DNA from: Myxococcota bacterium
GTDB lineage: Bacteria > Myxococcota_A > SURF-8
Assembly (NCBI GenBank): GCA_965140415.1
Contig: OZ223209.1
Location: 2,464,001-2,528,000, forward strand
DNA: 64,000 nucleotides
Direction: 5' to 3'
Each line of letters begins with the position of its first letter. The first letter of the stretch is position 1. Shown in pieces: positions 54,060-64,000 of this stretch. Below the pieces are notes generated by a model. The model did not search any database and was not told where the DNA came from. It worked only from the letters and a program-made list of their open reading frames with translations. The position numbers were made by a program, and so were the translations under genes.

Positions 54060-55046
54060 CTAAAGTAGTTGTCGCAGGTATCTGCGGATAATCCAATAGC
54101 CTCGTCGTATTTCGGAACGAAGAGTGGCTCTGGCCGCTGGCGAAAGGATGAGTCCGAGTAATTTGATTAGTGCCGGGTTGCCGCTTGTGACAGGATGAAG
54201 TTCATCCGTGCCGTATTTTCGTGCATATTCATTCCATACGCCGACACAGATCGGGTCGTAAATGCACCGTTTACATTGCGGTCCTTTGCGCTTTGACGAG
54301 GCAGCTTCTTCCGGATAGTGCGGGAAGAGCTTTAGAGGATAGATATAAATCCATTCTATGCCTCGCAAGGTGCATAGCGGCTGGCCGCAAATATCCGGAA
54401 TTCGAACGGATAGGCGCAACTCTTCGCAAATACGCACGGTTTCACGCAAAAACGGGTCACCTTCGGAAAAGCGGAAAGAATGCTCGATGTCATCTCTGCC
54501 GAAGTTGGGGGCCATCACGCTGATGTTCAATGCGGCGGATCGTCCGAAGCGCTGGTAAAGAAAGCGGGCAAATTCCGGCAGATGTTCCAGGTTTTCTCTA
54601 CACCAGACGAAATTGATAACGACTTCGATATTGGTTTGAAGTAAATTTTCTATCCCTTGTATCGATTTCTCGAATGCACCGGGCATGCCCGTGATCTTGT
54701 CGGAAAGTTCCGCGTTGGCTGCATGCAACGAAACGAAGGCTTCTTCCAGATCGGCTTGAACCAACGAGCTGACCAGGCGTTTGTTGGCCAACAAGGTGGC
54801 GTTGGTTTCGAGCATGGTATTCAGGCCGCGTTTGCGGATCAAGCGAATGATTTCCGGCAAGTGCGGATTGAGAGTCGGTTCTCCACCGGAAATTTCGATC
54901 AGATTTCCTTGGTTTCTATCGTAGCTATCCAGAAAGCGTTCTACCGCCTCCGGTGTTTCATGAAAGATATTATGGGGATCGTCCGGTCTGATGTTACAAA
55001 AAAGGCAACGCTCATTGCAGCGTGGTGTGATGCGCAAAACGGACAT
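54060..55046 (-). CDS. Radical SAM protein (HxsC-like), last gene of the lpx run
   Basis: CNERCLFC, SGGEPT, ETNA, VSLH, PLC, CKRCIYDPICVGV...Y...YG..EL.P. Confidence 0.9.
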   Translation of the reverse strand: MSVLRITPRCNERCLFCNIRPDDPHNIFHETPEAVERFLDSYDRNQGNLIEISGGEPTLNPHLPEIIRLIRKRGLNTMLETNATLLANKRLVSSLVQADLEEAFVSLHAANAELSDKITGMPGAFEKSIQGIENLLQTNIEVVINFVWCRENLEHLPEFARFLYQRFGRSAALNISVMAPNFGRDDIEHSFRFSEGDPFLRETVRICEELRLSVRIPDICGQPLCTLRGIEWIYIYPLKLFPHYPEEAASSKRKGPQCKRCIYDPICVGVWNEYARKYGTDELHPVTSGNPALIKLLGLILSPAARATLRSEIRRGYWIIRRYLRQLL

Positions 55047-55051
55047 GATAC

Positions 55052-55828
55052 CTACTCTTTAAAGGAACAGAAACCTTGTTCGCTTTTTTGGTAAAAGGCG
55101 AGAATTCGGCTGATGTCTCCCTCTGGATCATCCTGAATGGAGGTGAGCTCCTGTAACCCTTTTTCAATTCCCAATTGTCGGAGACGGTCATAGGCGAACT
55201 GGATGCGCTCGATTCTTTCTGGAGAGAATTCATGCCGCTCCAATCCAATGCGATTGATTCCTACGATGCGGGCCCGATCTCCATGAACCACGCAAAACGG
55301 CGGAACGTCCCGTCGCACCATTGCACCGGCTCCAACAAAGCTATAGGCGCCGATTCTGGCGTACTGGTGAACTCCCGCCATGCCGCCAAAGCAGGAATAG
55401 TCTTCGACGGACACATGACCCGCCAAGGCAACGCCGTTGGCCATCACACAATGAGACCCTATGGTGCAGTCATGAGCGACATGAGAGTTCGCCATGAAAT
55501 AGGCATGATCGCTGATGCGGGTAACGCCGCCTCCATGTTCCGTTCCTCGATTGGCCGTAAAGCCCTCACGGAAAATACATTCTTTGCCAATTACCAGGCG
55601 GGTTGTTTCTCCGTGATATTTCAAGTCTTGAGGTGCGGTGCCCAATACCACATGAGGAAACACTTGGCAGCCTTCACCTAATTCCAGATTGCCATCCAGA
55701 ACAACGTGTCCCATCAAGTCGCATCCTTCGGCAATGCGAACGCCTTTTCCAATAATGCAATATGGACCGATGGAAACTTTGCTACCTACGATGGCTTTGG
55801 GGTGCACGGTGGCTGTCAGATGAATCAC
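55052..55828 (-). CDS. lpxA: UDP-N-acetylglucosamine acyltransferase
   Basis: Hexapeptide repeats, PQDLKY, SHVAHDC, GVHQY, DVPPF. Confidence 0.95.
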   Translation of the reverse strand: MIHLTATVHPKAIVGSKVSIGPYCIIGKGVRIAEGCDLMGHVVLDGNLELGEGCQVFPHVVLGTAPQDLKYHGETTRLVIGKECIFREGFTANRGTEHGGGVTRISDHAYFMANSHVAHDCTIGSHCVMANGVALAGHVSVEDYSCFGGMAGVHQYARIGAYSFVGAGAMVRRDVPPFCVVHGDRARIVGINRIGLERHEFSPERIERIQFAYDRLRQLGIEKGLQELTSIQDDPEGDISRILAFYQKSEQGFCSFKE

Positions 55829-56802
55829 GAGCGATCTTCCTTTTCCAGCATTTCCTGTAATAGCTTTTGCAGGCGGCTCCAGATGCGATGAGGAATTGCC
55901 GGGTAACCGGTATACACTTCTTCTGGAGGAATGTTGCGCGTAACTCCGGATTTTCCGCCAACCGTGGCTCCATCACCGATATTGAGATGGCTGCTTACGC
56001 CGACCTGTCCAGCCAGCGTGACGCGATTACCGATATCGCTTGAACCGGCGATTCCAACTTGCGCAACCAACAGGGAATCTTCACCGACTGTCACGTTGTG
56101 GCCTACTTGTACCAGATTGTCCAGTTTGGTGCCTCGACCGATGCGAGTCGCGGATAGTGTCGCCCGATCCACACAGCTGTTGGCGCCGATTTCCACATCG
56201 TCTTCAATTACGACTCGACCGATTTGTGGAATCTTCAAGTGGCGACCCCTGGCATCTTTGGCAAAGCCGTAGCCGTCACCTCCGATGCGGCAACCATGTT
56301 GCAGAATCACCCGGTCTCCCAGGTTGCTGTCACTGCCGATCGATACATTTGGATGAATGATGCAGTCGTTGCCGATTGTAACACGGTCCTGAATCGTGAC
56401 GTTTGGATGGATAACGCAGTTATTCCCAATGGTTACATTGTCACCGATGTAAACGAAGGGGAAGATCGTGCAACCCTTTCCAAGTTTTGATTTGCCTATG
56501 TAGGCCTGTTCGGAAATTCCCGGTGCGTACTTCGCTGGCGGATACAATCTGCGCATAACATGGGCAAAGGCGAGGTATGGATCGGCGCAGACGATCTGAG
56601 CGCAAGGGCAATCTTCGATTTCATTGACAACCAGCACGGCTGAGGCGCTGGTTGCCATGACCATTTCTCGATAGGAATGCATGGCTAGATAGGAAATATC
56701 TCCCGCATGTGCCTCGACTAATGTCGCAGCACTGCGGATTTCGATATCGCCATCGCCTACCAGTCGCCCGGAGACTTCCTGAGCCAGTTCAGACAGTTTC
56801 AT
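55825..56802 (-). CDS. lpxD: UDP-3-O-acyl-glucosamine N-acyltransferase
   Basis: [43 protein letters not shown]. Confidence 0.96.
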   Translation of the reverse strand: MKLSELAQEVSGRLVGDGDIEIRSAATLVEAHAGDISYLAMHSYREMVMATSASAVLVVNEIEDCPCAQIVCADPYLAFAHVMRRLYPPAKYAPGISEQAYIGKSKLGKGCTIFPFVYIGDNVTIGNNCVIHPNVTIQDRVTIGNDCIIHPNVSIGSDSNLGDRVILQHGCRIGGDGYGFAKDARGRHLKIPQIGRVVIEDDVEIGANSCVDRATLSATRIGRGTKLDNLVQVGHNVTVGEDSLLVAQVGIAGSSDIGNRVTLAGQVGVSSHLNIGDGATVGGKSGVTRNIPPEEVYTGYPAIPHRIWSRLQKLLQEMLEKEDRS

Positions 56803-56830
56803 GGGCGAATCCTTCTGCCAGTCGGCATGG

Positions 56831-57373
56831 TTATTTCTTGGACTTGCCTTTTCCGTACTTCTGATCGTACAAGCGGATTAATTCGTTGGTCAGATCGTGC
56901 TTCATCGGTGCATACACGATACCGGAGCTGTTTTTGTCCAGAATCAGATCGTAATTGTCCCGCTCTGCAATATTCTGAATGATCGACTGCATTTTTTCAA
57001 GGATTGGTTGCACCGCTTCAGATTCTTTTTGTTTCAGTTCGTTTTGAAGCTGGTAGTAGATTTTCTGCACTTCAACGAATTTCTGCTGTAATTCCGCTTC
57101 ACGTTTGGCTTTGACTTCCGGCTCGATCATCATTTCCTGTTTTTCCAGGTCTTCCTTCATTTTTTTGAGCCGTTCGGATTCTTTGTCCAGGTATTCCTGC
57201 TTGTCGTCGAAGTAGACTTTCAAATCGGCTTTGGCCTTTTTGCCTTCGTCTACTTCCAACAGGGCGCGTTGCAGATCGACATAGGCGATTTTCATTCCCG
57301 CTGCCGCTGCCGGCAACGCATAGGCCGCCACAAGACCCATCGCCAAAAGCGTAATGATCAATGCTCGTTTCAT
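56831..57373 (-). CDS. skp: Skp/OmpH periplasmic chaperone
   Basis: Signal peptide, KIAYVD, coiled coil, YDLILD...DLT; lies between bamA and lpxD. Confidence 0.92.
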   Translation of the reverse strand: MKRALIITLLAMGLVAAYALPAAAAGMKIAYVDLQRALLEVDEGKKAKADLKVYFDDKQEYLDKESERLKKMKEDLEKQEMMIEPEVKAKREAELQQKFVEVQKIYYQLQNELKQKESEAVQPILEKMQSIIQNIAERDNYDLILDKNSSGIVYAPMKHDLTNELIRLYDQKYGKGKSKK

Positions 57374-57389
57374 ATCGGTTCCTCCATGC

Positions 57390-59780
57390 TTAGAATTGGT
57401 TGCCAATTGAGAATTCAAACGTAATCGTATCGTCTTCGGGACGTTTCTTCACCGGCAGGCCCCATTCGAAACGCAGGGGACCGATCGGTGAGTACCACCG
57501 GATACCGAAGCCGTAGCTCATGTACAGACCTAAAGGCATATTGTATGGATCCTGGTCGCTCTGGCCAAGATAGAAAAACTGTTGATCCTCGGCCCAGGTG
57601 TTTCCCATGTCGAAGAAGAACACCCAGCGAATCCCGGCGGCTTCGATCAACGGGAATTCCAGTTCGAAGTTGACAAAGAATTCTTTATTACCACCGATCA
57701 GATACTTAACCGGATATCCGGCGGGATCATCCTGAGCGATTACGTCGATGGTCGGGGAGATCGAGCCGAACTCATAGCCGCGGATAGTGTAGATGCCGCC
57801 TAGCAGATAACGCTCGGCAATGGGAACGCCGGGGAAATCCTGGTTACCGCGATCATCTCCGTTCGGTTCTTCAAGCGACATGACGTAGCCGATTTCGGCG
57901 TTGATCTTAAATACCGGTTTGAAGAAATCCCACATGTCGATGTACTTGTACAGCGGGAAGAAGAACTTGGCGATTCCGGTGAATTTCAAGAACTCGATTT
58001 CACTGCCCGTGTAGGAGTCTGCGTATTCTACCGAGAGTTGGTGCAGCATACCATCCGACGGGAACAGGCGGTTGTCACGGGTGTCATATTGCGCGATGAA
58101 GGTCAAACTGCTGGTCAAGCCGCTTTTGAACAGATGCAGATGAACCTGATCGTCGACATTCAGATTGACGTCCTTGATGGTGTACATCAGGAAGAGCGAG
58201 ACATCGTCCAGGATGGGATAGCCCAGGGTCAAGTCTCCACCGGAGGAGGAACGCGAGTAACTGCCGAATTCTCCTTGGTTGGGATAGGTGTAGGACTGGT
58301 TGAAAATCGAGAAACTGAAGTTCACCCGGCTGTCCAAGAAATACGGTTCGGTGAATCGCAGCATGAACTGGCGGTTGCTAGCCGAGATCTGAGCGGAAAG
58401 TTGCAGGCTCTGGCCACGTCCGAAGAGATTGTTCTGGGCGATCTGAGCCTGGAAGACGAAACTGTCCAGCGAACTGAAACCGACCCCCAATTGCAGGGTT
58501 CCGGTGCGCTTCTCCTTGATTTCAACCGTTAACACAATGCGCTCGTCCGAAGATCCCGGCGATTCGGTGATTTCCACCGTTTCGAAATAGCCAAGCTGGT
58601 AGATTTTGCGTTTGGAGCGGTTGATACCGGTGATCGAATACTGATCGCCCTCGGCGATGCGCATTTCGCGACGAATAACCTTATCGCGTGTTTTGGTGTT
58701 TCCTACGATGTCAATGCGTTCAATCCAGACCTTGCTTCCGATCTTGACATTCATCGTCACATCGATCTGTTTGGTGTCGTCATGCGCTTTGGTGATCGGC
58801 GTAACATTGGTGTAGGCGAATCCCAGATTCTTGTGGATAGCGGCTACTCGCTCCATATCGCTCAGGAATCTCGAACGATTGAACACGTCCCCTTTTTCCA
58901 ATGTAACCAGCTTACGCAGTCTCTCTTTCGGGAATATCCGGTCGCCGCCGAAATCCAACTCTCCCATGAAATGCTGTTCGCCTTCCGTGATTTTTATCGT
59001 CACGTAGATCCAGGTACGGTCGGCGGAGAGAGTAACGATCGGAGTGGCTACATTGACGTTGATATAGCCGTGATCGGCGTAGTATTTCTCGATCATGTAG
59101 GCATCGCGTTCAACCATTTCCTGGCGGTATTGGCCGGAATTGGTCAAAAAGCTTAGAATGTCACCCGGTTTAGTGAGCATCTGAGCCAGTAGCTCTTTTT
59201 CCGGGATCTTTTCGTTACCCATCAGGATGATTTTTTTGACTTCGACTTTGGCGCGTTCCTTGATGATGAACGTGATGACGACCTGGTTGTTTTCCGCCGG
59301 GGTTACTTCATGCTCCACGTCAGCCAGGAAAAAGCCTTTTTCAATGTAGACGTTACGGATCTTTTCGATATTGCGGTAGATCTTGTCGTAGCTGAGCACG
59401 GAAAACGGTTTGATATCGATCACTTCGTTGATGTCGTCTTCATCGACTTCGTCGTTTCCCGACAGCTTTACCGCCAACACAGACGGGCGTTCCTCGACCA
59501 TGTAGGTGATAATCGGACCTTCAGGGGTGGGGTGGACATCGACCTGGACATCGGTAAAGAAACCCAGTTCGTAAATGGAGCGGATATCTTCCTGAATTTT
59601 CTTGATTGAATACGGCTGACCGGGACGGCTGACCACCGCTCGGCGAATCGATTCCTTTTCCACACGCACCAGTCCCTGAACGCGGATCTCTTTAACTTTG
59701 GTCGTTTCCGCCAGCAAGCTTCCGCATAGACAGAGAAACAGCAGCGTGAAGGCAAGTGTCCGATACACCATAAGCGTCAA
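57390..59780 (-). CDS. bamA: Outer membrane protein assembly factor BamA
   Basis: POTRA repeats (GNTKTRDKVIRRE), NLFGRGQ, IRGY, SPIGPLRF, C-terminal F. Confidence 0.96.
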   Translation of the reverse strand: MTLMVYRTLAFTLLFLCLCGSLLAETTKVKEIRVQGLVRVEKESIRRAVVSRPGQPYSIKKIQEDIRSIYELGFFTDVQVDVHPTPEGPIITYMVEERPSVLAVKLSGNDEVDEDDINEVIDIKPFSVLSYDKIYRNIEKIRNVYIEKGFFLADVEHEVTPAENNQVVITFIIKERAKVEVKKIILMGNEKIPEKELLAQMLTKPGDILSFLTNSGQYRQEMVERDAYMIEKYYADHGYINVNVATPIVTLSADRTWIYVTIKITEGEQHFMGELDFGGDRIFPKERLRKLVTLEKGDVFNRSRFLSDMERVAAIHKNLGFAYTNVTPITKAHDDTKQIDVTMNVKIGSKVWIERIDIVGNTKTRDKVIRREMRIAEGDQYSITGINRSKRKIYQLGYFETVEITESPGSSDERIVLTVEIKEKRTGTLQLGVGFSSLDSFVFQAQIAQNNLFGRGQSLQLSAQISASNRQFMLRFTEPYFLDSRVNFSFSIFNQSYTYPNQGEFGSYSRSSSGGDLTLGYPILDDVSLFLMYTIKDVNLNVDDQVHLHLFKSGLTSSLTFIAQYDTRDNRLFPSDGMLHQLSVEYADSYTGSEIEFLKFTGIAKFFFPLYKYIDMWDFFKPVFKINAEIGYVMSLEEPNGDDRGNQDFPGVPIAERYLLGGIYTIRGYEFGSISPTIDVIAQDDPAGYPVKYLIGGNKEFFVNFELEFPLIEAAGIRWVFFFDMGNTWAEDQQFFYLGQSDQDPYNMPLGLYMSYGFGIRWYSPIGPLRFEWGLPVKKRPEDDTITFEFSIGNQF

Positions 59781-59782
59781 TC

Positions 59783-60520
59783 CTATGCTTTCCCGGAATC
59801 CTGGCGGGTGTAAATCTGACCGTCCACCAACTCCAGCTTCTCGTCCATGCGATCGGCTAGGGAGCGGTTGTGGGTCACGACCACCAAGGTTGTCCGATAG
59901 GTTTCATTCAAGTTGCAGAGCAGATCGTGGATGCCCTGAGAGGTTTGGTCGTCCAGGTTTCCTGTCGGTTCATCGGCCAGGATGACGCTGGGACGCATAA
60001 CCAAAGCGCGGGCGATAGCCACCCGTTGTTGTTCGCCGCCGGATAGTTCTCCCGGCTTGTGAGTGGCGCGGTCTTGCAGTCCGACCAGTTCCAATAGTTC
60101 TTTTGCGCGACGGTCGACTTCCGTCGGGTCGAGCTTGGCGATACGCATGGGAATACTGACGTTTTCCAATGCGTTGAAATCGGGCAGCAGATAATGGAAC
60201 TGGAATACGAAGCCGATGCTTCGATTTCGGTATTGCGCCAGTTTACGGTCGGAATAGGAAAAGACATCCCGTCCTTCGAAACGGATCATGCCGCTGCTGG
60301 GCCGGTCAAGCGTTCCCAAAACGTGCAGGAAGGTGCTTTTTCCGACCCCGGATTTTCCCACGATAGAGAGGCGCTGGCCATGCCGAATTTCCAGATCGAT
60401 GCCTTTGAGCACCTGGATTTCTTTGCCATCCAGTTCGTAGCTCTTGTGCAGACCGTCAATGTGAATCAAAGGCGAAGCTGATTCTTCTATTGCGGTTGGC
60501 TGGAGATCCGATTCAGTCAT
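59783..60520 (-). CDS. lolD: Lipoprotein-releasing ABC transporter ATPase
   Basis: [35 protein letters not shown]. Confidence 0.93.
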   Translation of the reverse strand: MTESDLQPTAIEESASPLIHIDGLHKSYELDGKEIQVLKGIDLEIRHGQRLSIVGKSGVGKSTFLHVLGTLDRPSSGMIRFEGRDVFSYSDRKLAQYRNRSIGFVFQFHYLLPDFNALENVSIPMRIAKLDPTEVDRRAKELLELVGLQDRATHKPGELSGGEQQRVAIARALVMRPSVILADEPTGNLDDQTSQGIHDLLCNLNETYRTTLVVVTHNRSLADRMDEKLELVDGQIYTRQDSGKA

Positions 60521-61847
60521 TCCTCAGTCCATCCACCGGGTTTAACCGGGCCGCCTGACCGGCGGGGAAAAGCGTCGCCAACCAACTGATGACGACTGCC
60601 GACAGTAAAATCGTTGCGATCTGGCTCGGGACGATGCGAACGGGCAGGGAGGTCATGTAATAAACCTCCGGGTCCAGATGCAGATCCAGCAATGGAATCA
60701 GGGCGCATAGACCGAAACCCGTCGCCGCTCCAATAGCGGTGCCGATCAGGCCGATGATCAATCCGTCCAGCATGAAAATGCGTCGAACGGTTCGATGTGA
60801 TGCTCCCATGGATTTCAAAATCGCAATTTCCTTCGTTTTTTCGATCACCATCATAATCAGGGTGCTGGCAATGTTGAATGCCGCCACCAGGGTGATAAAC
60901 AGCAAAATGACGAACATGGCGATCTGTTCCAGTTCCAATGCGGAAAACAGATTCTTGTTCATTTCTCGCCAGTCGCGTACCTGATATGGAAAGCCACCCA
61001 ATTCTTTCAAGATGCCCTGACTGATTACGCCGGTATCATCCAGCTTATCTTTGGGAACCTTGAACTCGATGGCCGTCACGTTGTCACCCATGCTGGAAAA
61101 CTGTTGCAGCGTGGGAAGCGACGTGTACACATATTTCATGTCAAACTCGAACATGCCGAAAAAAAACACGCCCGCTACTCGGAAATACTGGTAGGACGGA
61201 ATCGGTCCCGTCGGTCCCAATCCTCCGCCAAGCGGGTTGACGATGTTGACTTCATCGCCTACCCAAACCGACAAATAGCGCGCCAATTCCTGGCCGATCA
61301 GGATACCCGGAAGTTCCTTGTCCTGATACTTCGCTTTGGCCCGGTTGCTGAATGCCGGTAGAAAATCCGCTTCCGAGGCATGATCAGCAGCCTGTTTCTG
61401 CGTGTCTTCTAATAGCTTCTTCGCGTCTTCAAGGTAATCTATGGACCCTGCAACCAGACTATGATCGAGATCGGAGACACTCGCCACCGTCTGTAAATCG
61501 ATTCCCTTGAGCACGCAACCGGTGACATTCGTCTCCGAGGTGATCATCGCCTCACGCAACAGGTAAGGCGAAGCCCCGCTGACATGAGGAACCTGGACGA
61601 TCTTTTCCAATGCCTCCCGGTAATTCGTGAATTCCGGGGTGCTGACGCGAACGTTGCCGTGTGCGTTCGCTCCTACGATCTTATCGCGCAGTTCCTCTTC
61701 GAAACCGGCCATGACCGATAAAACGACAATCAGAGCACATACTCCAACCGCAACGCCTCCCACCGCAATCACGGTGATCGTCGAGACGAACCGACTGGAT
61801 TTCCGGGCTTTCAGATAGCGGAGACCTATGAACGATTCGATAGACAT
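60513..61847 (-). CDS. lolE: Lipoprotein-releasing ABC transporter permease (LolC/E/F type)
   Basis: IGLRYL, VLSVMAGF, VAAFNI, EIAILKSMGA, FPAGQAARLNPV; adjacent to lolD. Confidence 0.9.
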   Translation of the reverse strand: MSIESFIGLRYLKARKSSRFVSTITVIAVGGVAVGVCALIVVLSVMAGFEEELRDKIVGANAHGNVRVSTPEFTNYREALEKIVQVPHVSGASPYLLREAMITSETNVTGCVLKGIDLQTVASVSDLDHSLVAGSIDYLEDAKKLLEDTQKQAADHASEADFLPAFSNRAKAKYQDKELPGILIGQELARYLSVWVGDEVNIVNPLGGGLGPTGPIPSYQYFRVAGVFFFGMFEFDMKYVYTSLPTLQQFSSMGDNVTAIEFKVPKDKLDDTGVISQGILKELGGFPYQVRDWREMNKNLFSALELEQIAMFVILLFITLVAAFNIASTLIMMVIEKTKEIAILKSMGASHRTVRRIFMLDGLIIGLIGTAIGAATGFGLCALIPLLDLHLDPEVYYMTSLPVRIVPSQIATILLSAVVISWLATLFPAGQAARLNPVDGLRND

Positions 61848-61867
61848 TCGTCTCCGCTCCCTAGCCT

Positions 61868-63352
61868 CTATTGTTCTTTCCGCAACTGCGGAAAGAGAAT
61901 GACTTCGCGAATCGAAGCCGAATCTGTCAGCAGCATGGTCAAGCGGTCAATGCCGATGCCTTCTCCCGCTGCCGGTGGCATACCGAATTCAAGCGCACGC
62001 ACGTAATCGGAATCCATTGCGTGGGCTTCCTCGTCACCCGCCTCACGCTCCAGTAATTGCTGCTCGAAACGCTGTTTCTGATCGATCGGATCGTTCAACT
62101 CGGAAAAGGCGTTTCCGATTTCCTGACCGGCGACGATGATCTCAAAGCGGTCGGTCAGGCGCGGATCACTTTCCTTTTTGCGCGCCAGAGGCGAAACCTC
62201 GATGGGGAAGTCGATCAGGAAGGTGGGTTGTACGATCTTGTGTTCTCCCACTTTGTCGAAGATTTCCATCAGCAGTTTGCCATCGGCCATCTTATCCGCG
62301 TTTTCGATTTTCAATCGCGCGGCGACATTCAGCAGTCCTTCGCGGGTTTGCAGTTCTTCTTCCGAGATATCAGAATATTTGACGATGGCCTGTGCAGGCG
62401 TCAAGCGTTCCCAGGGAGGAGTGAAATCCAGTGTGTTTCCCTGATATTCAACTTTCATCGATCCGGTGACTTCCTTGGCGATCGAACTGACCAGATCTTC
62501 GGTAAGTGCGATCAAATCCTTGTAGGTGGCATAGGCCCAGTAGAATTCCACCATCGTGAATTCGGGGTTATGCTTGAACGAGATGCCCTCGTTGCGGAAG
62601 TTACGGTTGATTTCGTAGACTCGCTCCAGTCCGCCCACCAACAGGCGTTTAAGGTGCAATTCCGGGGCGATTCGCAGGAACAGGTCGGCATTCAAGGCGT
62701 TATGATGCGTTACGAAAGGCTTGGCCGCTGCGCCACCAGCGATTTGATGCAGCATCGGCGTTTCGACTTCGATAAAGTCCATGTTGTCCAGGTACGCGCG
62801 CAACAGCCGAATGATTTTGGATCTGCGCCGGAAGGTTTCCACCACATCCGGATTGACGATCAGATCCACGTAACGCTGACGGTAGCGGGTTTCCACGTCT
62901 GTCAAACCATGCCACTTTTCCGGTAGCGGTTGCAGGTTTTTGGTCAGCAAGCGGAAATCGGAAAGATTCAGCGTTAACTCATCCGTTTTCGTTTTGAACG
63001 GGACGCCGGTAACACCAATGATATCACCAACATCGATCATTTTGAAGATCGCGAAAATCTCGTCTCCGATGGCTTTCTTCTGAATAAACAGCTGTAAGCG
63101 ACCGCCGCGATCCTGTAGCACGATGAATGCGGCTTTTCCAAACGAACGCACGGCCATCACGCGTCCGGCGATGGTAAAGCTATCCTCTACGGATTCGAGT
63201 TCTTCTTTGGAGTTTGCCTCGTATTTATCACGAATCTGGCTGGTAACATGGGTAACGTTGAAATCGTTGGCGAAGGGATTGACTCCCATTTCGCGGAGCT
63301 GATCCAGCTTCTTTCTTCGTGCTTCGAGCAGGGCGCTTAATTCTTCCATCAT
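61868..63352 (-). CDS. lysS: Lysyl-tRNA synthetase (class II)
   Basis: RYRQRYVDL, GGAAAKPF, LRIAPEL, FRNEG, HNPEF, GIGIDRL. Confidence 0.98.
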   Translation of the reverse strand: MMEELSALLEARRKKLDQLREMGVNPFANDFNVTHVTSQIRDKYEANSKEELESVEDSFTIAGRVMAVRSFGKAAFIVLQDRGGRLQLFIQKKAIGDEIFAIFKMIDVGDIIGVTGVPFKTKTDELTLNLSDFRLLTKNLQPLPEKWHGLTDVETRYRQRYVDLIVNPDVVETFRRRSKIIRLLRAYLDNMDFIEVETPMLHQIAGGAAAKPFVTHHNALNADLFLRIAPELHLKRLLVGGLERVYEINRNFRNEGISFKHNPEFTMVEFYWAYATYKDLIALTEDLVSSIAKEVTGSMKVEYQGNTLDFTPPWERLTPAQAIVKYSDISEEELQTREGLLNVAARLKIENADKMADGKLLMEIFDKVGEHKIVQPTFLIDFPIEVSPLARKKESDPRLTDRFEIIVAGQEIGNAFSELNDPIDQKQRFEQQLLEREAGDEEAHAMDSDYVRALEFGMPPAAGEGIGIDRLTMLLTDSASIREVILFPQLRKEQ

Positions 63353-63513
63353 GACCTCTGATTTCACGAATTCTCGATAGTGTTGGAGCTACGTAATCTC
63401 CGGTGCAAAATAAGTGGCTATTCTTAGCCCAAATCCATAGCCACGTCAAGGTTTTGCGTAGATCGCAATGACTCGGTGGAGCACCTTGAATGCACTTGTT
63501 GCCGGTGTTTCTA

Positions 63514-64000
63514 TCAGCTATCCGGCGTGATCTTGAATTTGGACAGTTTCGCCATAAACGCCTGTCTGGAAATTCCTAGTGATTGAGAGGTCTTGGAGCG
63601 ATTCCAGCCATGTTCTTCCAGGGCTTGGCGAATGACCTTGATTTCATAGGCTTCCAACACTTCTTTAAGTGTCCGCCCGGCGATGCTGATTGCCGTCATT
63701 TCCTGTGTGCGACAGCGCTGGGAAATTTGCGGAGAAAAATGGTGAATCTCGATTTTTTCCTGATCTTCAGCCAACAGCAGCGCCCGTTGCACTTCATTCT
63801 TCAACTGGCGTACATTGCCAGGGAAGGGACAGCCTTTAAGTTGCTGCATACACTTCGCACTGAAATCGTTTCCGTATTTGCGCATTTCTTTTTGAAACAT
63901 CACCAGGAAGTGGCGGGCCAGTTGTTCGATATCTTCCGGTCGTTCGCGTAGGGGAGGCATCTGAATGGGGAAGGTGTTGATACGATAAAAGAGATCTTCC
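63514..64000 (-). CDS. Sigma54-dependent Fis-family activator, C-terminal part (5' end outside window)
   Basis: EDLFYRINTFPIQMPPLRERPEDI, FPGNVRQL, C-terminal HTH (NRSKTSQSLGISR). Confidence 0.92.
   Translation of the reverse strand, partial: EDLFYRINTFPIQMPPLRERPEDIEQLARHFLVMFQKEMRKYGNDFSAKCMQQLKGCPFPGNVRQLKNEVQRALLLAEDQEKIEIHHFSPQISQRCRTQEMTAISIAGRTLKEVLEAYEIKVIRQALEEHGWNRSKTSQSLGISRQAFMAKLSKFKITPDS

Overview
Bacterial chromosomal window, most consistent with a Gram-negative, anaerobic or facultative deltaproteobacterial/Myxococcota-like organism (MYXO-CTERM-like C-terminus, Cys-rich acidic lipoproteins, lysS-lolE-lolD-bamA-skp-lpxD-lpxA cluster, thyX). The first 7.9 kb is one minus-strand reading frame of at least 2,618 codons, a giant repetitive surface lipoprotein missing from the ORF track because it runs off the left edge. 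The middle is accessory metabolism: a split transketolase plus tandem SCP2-like protein; a MoxR/VWA pair; DGD-linker surface proteins; a FadR-type-regulated glycyl-radical-enzyme (GRE) locus followed by two class-III aminotransferases and a Zn-dehydrogenase; an SDR/TPP-lyase/MFS/CocE unit; an SDR-radical SAM fusion; and glpAB with a miniature glpC-like gene. The right end is housekeeping envelope biogenesis. The best candidate for an undescribed system is the GRE locus (22183-31628). Its GRE is not PFL (single-Cys GCLE loop), it is coupled to a double split-barrel protein, and the second aminotransferase has Glu at the catalytic Lys position. I saw no rRNA, tRNA, CRISPR array or mobile element. 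All calls come from reading motifs by eye; no database search was run.
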